NCBI RefSeq assembly: GCF_001194135.2
Contig: NC_069005.1
Location: 30,687,015-30,745,547, forward strand
Direction: 5' to 3'
DNA length: 58,533 bases
DNA from: Octopus bimaculoides
Lineage: Eukaryota
Part shown: one piece after another, positions 48,191 through 58,533 of the stretch
How the letters are laid out: each line of letters starts with the position of its first letter
Numbering within the stretch: the stretch's first letter is position 1
Notes under the pieces: generated by a model
What the model was told of the DNA's origin: nothing
The model's input: only the letters and a program-made list of their open reading frames with translations
The model's database searches: none
Made by a program: the position numbers and the translations under genes

Positions 48191-49699
48191 AATTAATTTA
48201 CTGTTTGAAACGTTTCCATGGAAGATCATCTAAATCATTTTAAAACAAGCTTATATCAGAGAGCCAGGTGTGGTCTCAGGTGGGTTGGTACCAAAGAGGT
48301 TAATTGCATTCAGGGCCTTACAAGGTAAACAAAACAAGGATTTTTTTTTCCCCTCCTTTGCCTCACCAATTTTATTCCAATATCAAAATAGGAGAAATAC
48401 ATTCCAAGTGGGATGTGTCAATTGTATCACACCATCTTGTAATTAATTATGTAACATCTGCAACAAAGGTGAGTGAGTCACCTTCTGAGAATATTATGGG
48501 TACCATATTGTATCACCTCCAATAGAACTCAGGAAACCTTAATTGTCTGGTAAACAATTAAGGTTCTTTATGGTTACATCTCAAAACACTTTTACCGCTA
48601 AGAAGGGGCTGAAGAATCTTCAACATAATTAAGATATCCACTTCCCCACCACCATACATACATACATATACATATATACATATATATATAAAACCAAACC
48701 TATTTATGACATCATTCTTATATCATATATGCATACCCCCCACCATCACAAAACAGCAGGCGTATGGGTGTCAATACATGTGTGTGTATGTATAATATAT
48801 ACACACACAGATAGATAGATAGATAGATGTATACAAGATATATACACACATAAAAGAAAAGCGAACCTTTTTATGACATAATTCTTACATTAAGTGCTCA
48901 TACTTCTCCCATCAAAACACAACAGCTGTATGCATATATACATGTATGTATATATATATATATATATATNNNNNNNNNNTATATATATGTAGGCATGCAT
49001 GTATATTGTTTGTGTGTGTATGTACATTTGTACCTAAGAGTATGTATGTACATATTTTCTTTATTACTTAATCAAAAACAGAAACAATGCCTATGATCCC
49101 ATTTTTTTAGGGGCTCCAAGACCGATGGGAGGGAGACAGGGAGAGAGGGAAGGAAGGAGGAAGTTATTCTCAGAGTGGGACACCTCCCTCCCTCCAGATA
49201 TGAATGCTAACAACACAGTGGACACTGTTAAAGGCACACAAGACCCAGGTAGGGTTGCTAGACCAGAAGTCTGATTAAGTCTACCACACACACACATCAG
49301 AAAGTGTGATGTAGGTGTGTGTGAGTGCTCAATGTGTGCATATAGGGGTGTTTTTTGAGGGGGAGGTCTGACATGGTGCCCAGTTTAATTTATGACACTA
49401 ACCAGCTGGTCCCTGGGATCATCCACTCCAGGGGCCTATCAGGGGCAAACTCTGCAAACAGCTCATAGTAAGCATTCAGCAGGATTGGATATCAACCTCA
49501 TCAATCATGTAAGCCTAGAGTCTAGCTGGGAGGGCTTGCTGATAACATCAGGGACACTGGCCCCTCTTCCTTCTGGGACTAACAGAAAGAGAGAGAGAGA
49601 GGATGAGAAAGAGAAGGAAAGAGAGAAGGACAAAATGACAAAGATAGAGAGATAGAAAGACAAAAAGACAAAGAGAGAAAGAGGGAAATCTCTCTCTCT

Positions 49700-49755
<56 letters not shown>

Positions 49756-50637
49756 NNNNNNNNNNNNNNNNNNNNNNNNNNNNNNNNNNNNNNNNNNNNN
49801 NNNNNNNNNNNNNNNNNNNNNNNNNNNNNNNNNNNNNNNNNNNNNNNNNNNNNNNNNNNNNNNNNNNNNNNNNNNNNNNNNNNNNNNNNNNNNNNNNNNN
49901 NNNNNNNNNNNNNNNNNNNNNNNNNNNNNNNNNNNNNNNNNNNNNNNNNNNNNNNNNNNNNNNNNNNNNNNNNNNNNNNNNNNNNNNNNNNNNNNNNNNN
50001 NNNNNNNNNNNNNNNNNNNNNNNNNNNNNNNNNNNNNNNNNNNNNNNNNNNNNNNNNNNNNNNNNNNNNNNNNNNNNNNNNNNNNNNNNNNNNNNNNNNN
50101 NNNNNNNNNNNNNNNNNNNNNNNNNNNNNNNNNNNNNNNNNNNNNNNNNNNNNNNNNNNNNNNNNNNNNNNNNNNNNNNNNNNNNNNNNNNNNNNNNNNN
50201 NNNNNNNNNNNNNNNNNNNNNNNNNNNNNNNNNNNNNNNNNNNNNNNNNNNNNNNNNNNNNNNNNNNNNNNNNNNNNNNNNNNNNNNNNNNNNNNNNNNN
50301 NNNNNNNNNNNNNNNNNNNNNNNNNNNNNNNNNNNNNNNNNNNNNNNNNNNNNNNNNNNNNNNNNNNNNNNNNNNNNNNNNNNNNNNNNNNNNNNNNNNN
50401 NNNNNNNNNNNNNNNNNNNNNNNNNNNNNNNNNNNNNNNNNNNNNNNNNNNNNNNNNNNNNNNNNNNNNNNNNNNNNNNNNNNNNNNNNNNNNNNNNNNN
50501 NNNNNNNNNNNNNNNNNNNNNNNNNNNNNNNNNNNNNNNNNNNNNNNNNNNNNNNNNNNNNNNNNNNNNNNNNNNNNNNNNNNNNNNNNNNNNNNNNNNN
50601 NNNNNNNNNNNNNNNNNNNNNNNNNNNNNNNNNNNNN

Positions 50638-50917
50638 TGGTAGATGGAAACTGAAAGAAGCCTGTCGTATATATGTATATATATATATGTATGTGTGTAT
50701 GTGTTTGTATGTCTGTGTTTGTCCCCCCAACATCGCTTGACAACCGATGCTGGTGTGTTTACGTCCCCGTAACTTAGCGGTTCGGCAAAAGAGACCGAAA
50801 GAAAAAGTACTAGGCTTCCAAAGAATAAGTCCTGGGGTCGATTTGCTCGACTAAAGGCGGTGCTCCAGCATGGCCGCAGTCAAAAGACTGAAACAAGTAA
50901 AAGAGTAAAAGAGTAAA
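50638..50917 (+). mobile_element. SINE family A (5' end lost in N-gap), young copy with (GTAAAAGA)n tail
   Basis: GGTAGATGGAAACTGAAAGAAGCCTGTCG, TA/TG microsatellite, consensus 3' body. Confidence 0.9.
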
Positions 50918-51040
50918 ACAGCTGTATTAGACAGTGTAAGGCACACAGGATATACTGGAGTGTACACTCACGCACATGCATGCATATATATATATACATA
51001 CATATATATATATATACACATACATGCACTCACACACCAC

Positions 51041-51225
51041 TTTTTTATGTGTTTCAGTAATTTGACTGTGGCCATGCTGGAGCACTGCCTTTAGTCGAAC
51101 AAATCAACCCCAGGACTTATTCTTTTGTAAGCCGAGTACTTATTCTATCGGTCTCTTTTGGCGAACTGCTGAGTTACAGGGGATGAAAACACACCAACAT
51201 CGGTTATCAAGTGATTGGGGGGGGG
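51041..51225 (-). mobile_element. SINE family A, 3' half, inverted relative to 50638-50917
   Basis: TTTGACTGTGGCCATGCTGGAGCACTGCCTTTAGTCGAAC...CCAACATCGGTTATCAAG. Confidence 0.9.
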
Positions 51226-51645
51226 GTGTATATATGTATGTATATATATATATGTATATATATATAACGTATCAGAAAAAAGTGATGACATAAGTATGAA
51301 GCAGTGAATTACATCAAACTGAGAAACAAAAAAACAAAACCAAAAGAATCCCACCCAGACCCTTAATAGGACACGCCTCATTTCATTCTCTGTTTTAACC
51401 ATTTTCTACCTTATTTTCCTTGTTTTGGTTCACACTTCTTTAGGGGTAGAGGGGTTAGCATTCGAAATTTTAACAGATGATATCTGCCTGTTCTGTTTAT
51501 TTACCTGTAAAATAAAACTTGCAAAACAAAACTTACGTCTAAAGAGCAGAACATGTTGAAGGCAGCAACCCCTATGTGGTCAATCAAATTGCAAGAAATG
51601 ACAGTCAAATCTCCTTGAAATCACACCTTTTTTTTTTTTTTTTAC

Positions 51646-51799
51646 CTTTTACTTGTTTCAGTCATTTGACTGTGGCCATGCTGGGGCACTGCCTTAAAGG
51701 GACGTAAACACACCAACAGCGTTTGTTAAGCGATGGTGGGGGACAAACACAAGCACACACATATATATACATATATATATATACATATATATATATGTA

Positions 51800-51849
<50 letters not shown>

Positions 51850-51996
51850 CACACACACATGACAGGCTTCTTTCAATTTCCATCTACCAAATCCACTCAC
51901 AAGGCTTTGGTCAGCCTGAGGCTATAATAGAGGATACTTGAACCTGGAACTATGTAATTAGGAAGCAAGCTTTTTATCACACAGTCATGCTTGCAC
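51646..51996 (-). mobile_element. SINE family A with internal deletions
   Basis: Tail, CA/TA microsatellite and head are all present; the 3' central block is deleted. Confidence 0.85.
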
Positions 51997-52467
51997 TCTT
52001 AAGATCCCTATTTTTCTTTTCTTCCACCCCCACCCCTCCTTTGGGCCCCATAAATAAAGGATCAATCCAGCAGAGCAGAGTGGATTAGTTGCCAGAGTGC
52101 AGCCGAACAAGCTGTCTTGCAATTTCTGTTCCAGATCTTTGCATCCCAACTTCAAGTCCTACTCACCATCTCGTGTAGCGTGAAATGGCCCCTTTGGGAT
52201 CTGACTAACACCAACATGCCTCCGATGTTAGATGGAGCAACACCTCAGTTGGGATGACATTTTGGTCATGCCAATTAAATAAGCAGGGTCTGCACAAACT
52301 GTAATAAATGCTAAAACAGAAAAAAAATAAAATAATAAAAATTGCTAATTGCCAACTCTAAACCATTAATTATGGATATTGACTGAAAGAATTATTAATC
52401 CATTTGTTACCATATTTTTACTGGAATACACAGTCCTTGCTTCAATTAGTCTTGAAAATAATAATGT

Positions 52468-52600
52468 GTGTGTGGTTGTCTGGTAAGAAACTTGCTTCCC
52501 CACCATATGGTTCTAGGTTCAATCCCATTGTGTGGCATATTGGGCAAATGTCTTCTACTATAGCCTCAGGCTAACCAAAGCCTTGAGAGCAGATTTGGTA
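52468..52600 (+). mobile_element. SINE family A, 5' half
   Basis: GGTAAGAAACTTGCTTCCC...GGTTCAATCCC...GGGCAAATGTCTTCTACTATAGCCTC. Confidence 0.85.
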
Positions 52601-52752
52601 GAATATTTAAGCAGAATGGTGTATATAGATATAATGGAACTGCAGATACAATACCCTTACATATCTCACATCTGTTTTCATTCCTCCACTTCACTCTGTA
52701 TTTCATATCTTCTCTATAATAAATAACTATTGCATAACCATCTTATCACACT

Positions 52753-52800
52753 GTCTCTGATGAAGGGATCTATAAAATATCCTGGAAACAGCTGTAAGAC
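52753..52800 (+). ncRNA. minimal type-I hammerhead ribozyme motif with intact core
   Basis: GTCT-CTGATGA-A-GGGAT-ctataaaat-ATCCT-G-GAA-ACAGCTGT-A-AGAC. This gives helix I GTCT/AGAC, helix II GGGAT/ATCCT, a perfect 8-nt palindrome in helix III, and a GUA triplet. Confidence 0.75.
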
Positions 52801-52950
52801 CTCTTTATAAATCTTTATAAATCTGTGAAACCTTGCATACTGTGTGTGTGAGTGTGTGTCATTATTTAGGTGTGTGTGTACAGATACTTGTGCCATATTT
52901 GTGCGTATACAACCTTCTGAGCTTAATTCATCATGTGTAAAAAAATGTTA

Positions 52951-53007
<57 letters not shown>

Positions 53008-53459
53008 NNNNNNNNNNAAATAAGTGGAAATTTTACCGGTGAGTGTGTTAAATTTTAAGGCACAATAAGAAAATGACTCTCCTCAGACACAGAGAGTTGG
53101 GGGTTGAGACTCCAAGCCACTAAGGGATAATGTCTATCCAATATACTGCTATGAGGGTACCCAATTATTGTTACACTAGTGATATACCAAGTGCAATAAG
53201 TGGGTGCGGGTAAAATAGGGTTTTTACCCTAAATTTATATAGCAATAAAAGAATGGAGGGGAATACGAGGTACTCATCAACTTGCAGACACTGTACTCTG
53301 TTGATTAATCCGTTTATTTTACAACCAAAAGGACAATAAAGATAATATACAGACATTTATAACATACTATGTCATATCAACAATTAAAATTTCAAATTTA
53401 AAAGGACATCTAGCAATCGGGGAAGGGACAAAATCTTACAGCTGTTTAGTTTTCCATCT

Positions 53460-53471
53460 TTTCGTGTAGAG

Positions 53472-53505
<34 letters not shown>

Positions 53506-53778
53506 AAATAAATATTTGAATAAGTGCATATGTGCATATATATATATGCATGTGTGGAGAGGCATACGTTTGTATGCGTGCACATATCTGTGTGTGATTC
53601 AACGTGTCTCTGCCTTTTCGTTCGTTTGTGCGTATGAGTGCGTGCGCATAACGATATTTCCATTTCCATGTGAACAGTCACGTGGTGTGTTGTGTGCGAA
53701 TATGCTGTGTCAGCCCGTACAGTTAAACATGTTACTATGGCATCATGTGAGCGAGTCCTCTCATACGAGTATGTACGC

Positions 53779-53852
<74 letters not shown>

Positions 53853-53900
53853 GTTTATATGAACGTGTGTTTCTGTGTGTGTGTGTACGCGTGCTTTTGT
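53460..53900. repeat. TG/TA microsatellites including a (TA)n run of about 75 bp
   Basis: Seen directly. Confidence 0.85.
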
Positions 53901-54794
53901 ATGTACAAATGTGTCAGCATGTACAATTAACATGCTATTATGCATCATGTGAGAGTCCCCTTATATGAGGTTATGTATTTATGTATAGATATGGGTTTAT
54001 AATGGGAGTGTGTGTGACTGCGTGTAAGGTACAATTGTCTGATGGTTATCAGTAACAGTAGGAAGCCACGTTTTTAATTGGGGAGTTTGCAGTCAGTGAA
54101 GAGTAGACACGGCTCAGTACGCTACGATGTTACACACATAAATATACACATACATTAGAGAAGGTCCTGTAATGAGGTAAGTGAAAGGAGGAGGGGGAAG
54201 AGTAGAGGATAAAGAGAGAAAAGGAGAGGGAGAGCGATAGTCGAGAGAAAGTGAAAGTGTTATAGAGACAAAGAAAAAGAGGAGGCAATGCATAGAAAAC
54301 CTGAGACAAAAGGAGAGGGAGAAAGAGAAGAGAAGAGTGAAGGGGGCAAAGCGGAGAGATGATGGATGAACAGAGAGAGAAATGAATGTGTGCGTAGAGA
54401 GAGAGAGAGAGAGATTGTTCACTGTGTGGAAATCTTGCTTTGATGAATGGTAAAAAAGTAAAATCTAAGAGAAAGGGAAACAAATTGTTACGTTTCATAA
54501 TGAAAAATATATGAACACATACACACACACTACTTTTTTTTAGCTGTTTTAGCTCTGTCGCCATGGTCATGCTGGAGCACACGCACACACAAGCACACAC
54601 ACACACTAATTATTCAAATGTATCTCTGCGTGTCTCTCAAACTCTTAAATCTATATTTATCGATCTGTCTATAATTCTATTTGAGAAAATAAATCAAAGT
54701 TTAAGGCCTTGTACTGATTGAAGAAAGGATTCTTAAGTTGGCAGAATCATTAGAACCATTTAATATAAACTAGTGTTTATTCTTATTTTTCTTG

Positions 54795-54836
<42 letters not shown>

Positions 54837-54928
54837 ACAGGAATGGTAACAAAAGAAAGAAAGAGACCTCGATATTATGCAAATAGAGGAATTTATCTGT
54901 AAAAATATGACACTTATTCAGTAGCCAT

Positions 54929-54990
54929 GATCAAACTCCGAGTTTCGGATGCCAGGGTGGGAGGTCCACGCCAACATCTCTTCAGTTATC
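54929..54990 (-). ncRNA. type-I hammerhead motif with long helix II
   Basis: Minus strand: GATAA-CTGAAGA-GATGTTGG-(loop)-CTGGCATC-C-GAA-ACTCGGAGT-T-TGATC. Intact core, near-palindromic helix III, GUU triplet, helix I 4/5 paired. Confidence 0.6.
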
Positions 54991-55035
54991 CGGCCATTGA
55001 AAATTCCTGTGAAAAATGACCACATATATATATAG

Positions 55036-55524
55036 AAAGAGTGTAAGCATACTGAAAGAAAAATTGGACATGAGGTATGAGATGTGGTGTGCAAGAGAGA
55101 GGACTGCATTGGTATGGGCGGTCATAAGATGAGGATGGACGAGGACAGCTGTGTAAAGAAGAGCCGATCTCTAACTGTGAGAGAACCTGTGGAAGAGGTA
55201 GACCCAGGAAGACATGAAATGAGGCAGTGAAGCATGGTCATCGGATGTTGAGTCTCATGGACGTGATTGAGACGTTTGGTGATTCAAGCCAAGTGAAATC
55301 ATAGTTGTGGCCAGTGCCATGTAAAAGGCACCCGCTACACACTTGGAATGGTTGGTGTGAGGAAGGCCATCCAGCTGTGGCACCCACTACACTCTGGAGT
55401 GGTTGGCATTAAGAAGGGCATCCAGGCATAGAAACCAAGCCAAATCAGACTGGAACCTGGTGTAGCTCTCTGTTTACCAGTTCCAGTCAAATTGTCTAAC
55501 CCATGGAAAATGGATGCTAAATGA

Positions 55525-55530
<6 letters not shown>
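55036..55530 (+). pseudogene. 5'-truncated RTE-clade LINE: ORF C-terminus plus family E 3' UTR and (GAT)n tail
   Basis: Fragments SVSILKEKLD.., VQERGLHWYG/GHKMRMDEDSCVKKSRSLTV/TCGRGRPRKT*NEAVKHGHRML match the RTE C-terminal RRLRWYGHV.RM...GRGRPRKTW pattern. Followed by GGTTGGCATTAAGAAGGGCATCCAG...ATGATGAT. Confidence 0.85.
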
Positions 55531-55579
<49 letters not shown>

Positions 55580-56868
55580 TATATATACATACATATATAC
55601 ACAAACGCACGTGTGTATGTGTGTGTGTGTTCTCAGTTTTATACTTGGGTAACTGAAAGTATGCATTAAGGGTACATCTTTCCAAGAATGCCATAGGGTA
55701 TATAATCTTTTTTTCTGTTCTTTTTAACTCCTAATTGGAAAACGAAGAATGCCGTACACTCAAAGCTCCACCTACCCACAAGCAATAGCAACAGATATTA
55801 AAAAAAAAAATTCCNNNNNNNNNNNNNNNNNNNNNNNNNNNNNNNNNNNNNNNNNNNNNNNNNNNNNNNNNNNNNNNNNNNNNNNNNNNNNNNNNNNNNN
55901 NNNNNNNNNNNNNNNNNNNNNNNNNNNNGTAAAAGTAAAATTATATTTTAGGTTCTTTATATGCTTATTTATATATTCAGTTTTTAAACTTTTCATTTAT
56001 TATTATTTTTATTTATCCATTTATTTATTTTTTTTTTTTTTGCATATTTTTGAGCATCTGAACATAAACCATCATCTCGCTGGTTTGGATGGAGCAGTTC
56101 TGAGAGAATCGATATTCCGGGACCTAAAGAAGATCGTTATCTTTCAAAAGCAATTTACTCAAAAATATAATGAATTTAAGCGATAATGTTTCTTGTAGGT
56201 ATTTATTAATAAACCTAGGTTAAGCTAGGGAGAGCTGTTTATATACATATATAGTCTTTTTTTTCTCTCTCTCTCTCTCTCCTCATACATAGTCAAGTAC
56301 AGGCATATATGCTCATATATACATAAATATAGACTCACTTGCTCATATACATACACCCAGACACATTTATGTTTACATGCAGATAGGCATTGACAATCAA
56401 ATATACATAAGGACGGCTATAAATATACTCTTTAGATATATATATGTCTATAGCTCTTACATACATATATACATACTTACTCATTTTTACATACAGACAG
56501 ACATACAAATTCATATATACACAGATACATAAAGACACACACTCATATATATGTATATATAGACATATACTTATGTGCATAGATATTCACTCATATAAAT
56601 ATATGTGCAAACACACACATACATACACACATACACACACTTACACACATATATACATGCATACATATATATAGACAGCCACTTATAACAACGTCTGAAA
56701 ACATCAATAAAGTCTTATCAGGTTATCATAAGCCCCCCTACTGAGAAATGGAGGGACATTACCCAGTTTATTAAAACTATCACTGATTAATGGCTATTGA
56801 TGATGATGATGATGGTAATGATGGTGATGATAACAGTGTGGTGACAATGATAATTATTAAAGTAACAG

Positions 56869-56900
<32 letters not shown>

Positions 56901-56999
56901 TGAAGGTGAGGATAATTATAAAATGATGATGATGACGATGTGAAGGTGGGGATAATTATAAAGTGATGATGATGATGATGAGGCTGAGGAGGAGGTATG

Positions 57000-57181
57000 T
57001 AGAAATTGGTAGGATTGCCAGCAGAATCTGTAGAGCAACAAATGAAATATATTGCAATATCTAATAATTACATCGCCTCACATTCAGAGTTCAGTTCCTG
57101 GGGGAGTCAACCTTGCCTTCAATCCTCCTGGGGCTGATAAAATCAAATACCATTCAAGTGCTAGGGGGTTGGTTCAATCTA

Positions 57182-57182
<1 letters not shown>
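57000..57182 (+). mobile_element. old family B SINE
   Basis: CAGAGTTCAGTTCC...GTCAACCTTGCCTTCAATCCTCCTGGGGCTGATAAAATCAAATACC. Confidence 0.7.
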
Positions 57183-57217
<35 letters not shown>

Positions 57218-57274
57218 ATGCATGCATGCGCGCACACACGCACACCAAATGTGTGGTCCCATACCAATGTCAGA

Positions 57275-58140
57275 TCAGGTCGGGTGCATTGCTGCATTCA
57301 CCATTTGTCGGTATATTCCTGGTTCCTCCCGGGTGACCCATTGAACAGAATCCCATTCACTCCCCATCTCCATGAAATAACTCTTCTGCAGTGACCACGT
57401 AAAAAAAAAAAAAGTTACCCTCTTGAGCCATATCGACTCATAGGGGGCTGGTTTCCTGGTTTCAAAGGGGGTAATAAATTCCACCCACCCCCTGGATGGA
57501 ACACTGGTCAGTCACAGGATTACTCATTTTTGCCATCTCAGTGGACTGAAGCACTGTGAAATGAAGTGTTTTGCTCAAGAATACAATGTGTTGCCTGGTC
57601 CAGGAATTGAAACCACATTCTTACAATCATGAGCTTAACACCCAAACAACTAAATCACCTGCTTCCACTAAAAAGTAAAGTTACCTTCTCGAGCCATACC
57701 GACTCATGAGTGGACTGGAGCAATGTGAAATGAAGTGTTTTGCTCAAGGACACAAGGCATCGCCCAGTCTGGAAACCGAAACCATAATCACAAGTCCAAC
57801 ACCCTAACCACTAAGCCACGTGCCTCCACGCTGTGAACATGTGGCACGTGGTTGACCAACACAAGCCAACAACCCAACCTGGTCCTCAGTGAAGAGAACA
57901 TGGTAAGCAAGGTCTGACTCGGAAAATCGAGCAACACAGCCAAACAGTCTGAGATGGCGCTACCGAATCTTACTGTTGGAAGACATCATTTAATAGAACG
58001 ACAAAGCCATTACAGCATTGGGCAAAAAGGATCTTGTGGAATTTTGTTATGGTCCTTTACTTTGGAATAAACCTGAGCGTCAGGACCATATTCTGTTACC
58101 TGATCCATAACTGAACCCCTGACAGGGATTCTTATCGTTT
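57275..58140 (-). pseudogene. second RTE-clade LINE remnant, split by two SINE insertions (57405-57829)
   Basis: Minus strand: ..YGS..., NGFV.., IR*RHLRLFGCVARFSESDLAYHVL...GQPRAT; after the SINEs, SYFMEMGSEWDSVQWVTREEPGIYRQMVNAAMHPT*. Fits the RTE C-terminus (R.LRL.GHVAR...GRPR..W...). Confidence 0.7.
57405..57829 (-). mobile_element. two tandem tRNA/CORE-like SINEs (family G): 57405-57668 and 57670-57829 (internally deleted)
   Basis: Head GTGGAGGCACGTGGCTTAGTGG, CORE-like TTGAGCAAAACACTTCATTTCAC, 3' end GTCGG.ATGGCTC.AGA.GGTAACTTT. Confidence 0.8.
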
Positions 58141-58459
58141 TTACTATCAGGAATGCAGCAAATCAGCGATTGGTTATATTGGAAACTTGTAATCAATGAT
58201 GTTATTGTTTGTAAATTGTGATAGAAAAAAATATGACTACAGAAAGAAAGAAAGAAAAAAGTATTTGTGTCAAATTAATTAACTGTGTTCTGTCTATTTA
58301 TCCTTTCCCCATCACCATCTAAGATTGCAGCCTTGTCTTGTGCCTATGCTAGAAATGATAATAATAATAATAATAATAATAATCAGCATCATCATTATAG
58401 GTTTTTCATAAAGATCCTCATCTCTATATTAGCTATTAAAGTGATGCATCCCCAGGGAT

Positions 58460-58488
58460 ACATGTGTGTGTGTATATATATGTATATA

Positions 58489-58533
<45 letters not shown>
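58460..58533. repeat. (TG)/(TA)n microsatellite at window end
   Basis: Seen directly. Confidence 0.9.

Noticed and set aside
937-50743. Long ORFs in the track containing runs of X (937-1651, 8350-9442, 20903-21769, 25618-26665, 42631-43596, 49505-50743 and others)
   Set aside because: They are open only because N-gap codons are translated as X; the flanks are microsatellites or SINEs.
4905-56674. Numerous HT/CV/YI/RE-repeat ORFs
   Set aside because: Direct translations of (CA)n, (TG)n, (TA)n and (GA)n microsatellites.

Overview
AT-rich, extremely repeat-dense eukaryotic DNA with 16 N-gaps (about 4.9 kb). The repeat families and microsatellite load suggest an octopus genome; this is inferred from pattern recognition, not a database search. 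The window is intron/intergenic-like. It holds at least five tRNA-derived SINE families (my labels A, B, C, D, G), many short copies of an RTE-LINE 3' end (label E), and decayed coding remnants of two RTE LINEs, an R4/Dong-type restriction-like-endonuclease LINE, a mariner transposase and a Helitron Pif1 helicase. It also holds piggyBac-like and Tigger-like MITEs, and many micro- and minisatellites. Almost all ORFs in the supplied track are artefacts of simple repeats or N-gaps. No known protein-coding gene is recognisable, but a few phase-compatible candidate exons on the minus strand (5863-5941, 6155-6264, 18343-18547) may be the 3' end of an unidentified gene. The most interesting signal is five minimal type-I hammerhead-ribozyme motifs (8171, 27940, 28119, 52753, 54929). 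Four have the short, (near-)palindromic helix III known from Penelope-like-element hammerheads, they sit in at least three unrelated flanking contexts, and no Penelope ORF is nearby. Repeat boundaries were set by eye and are approximate (+/-10 bp).
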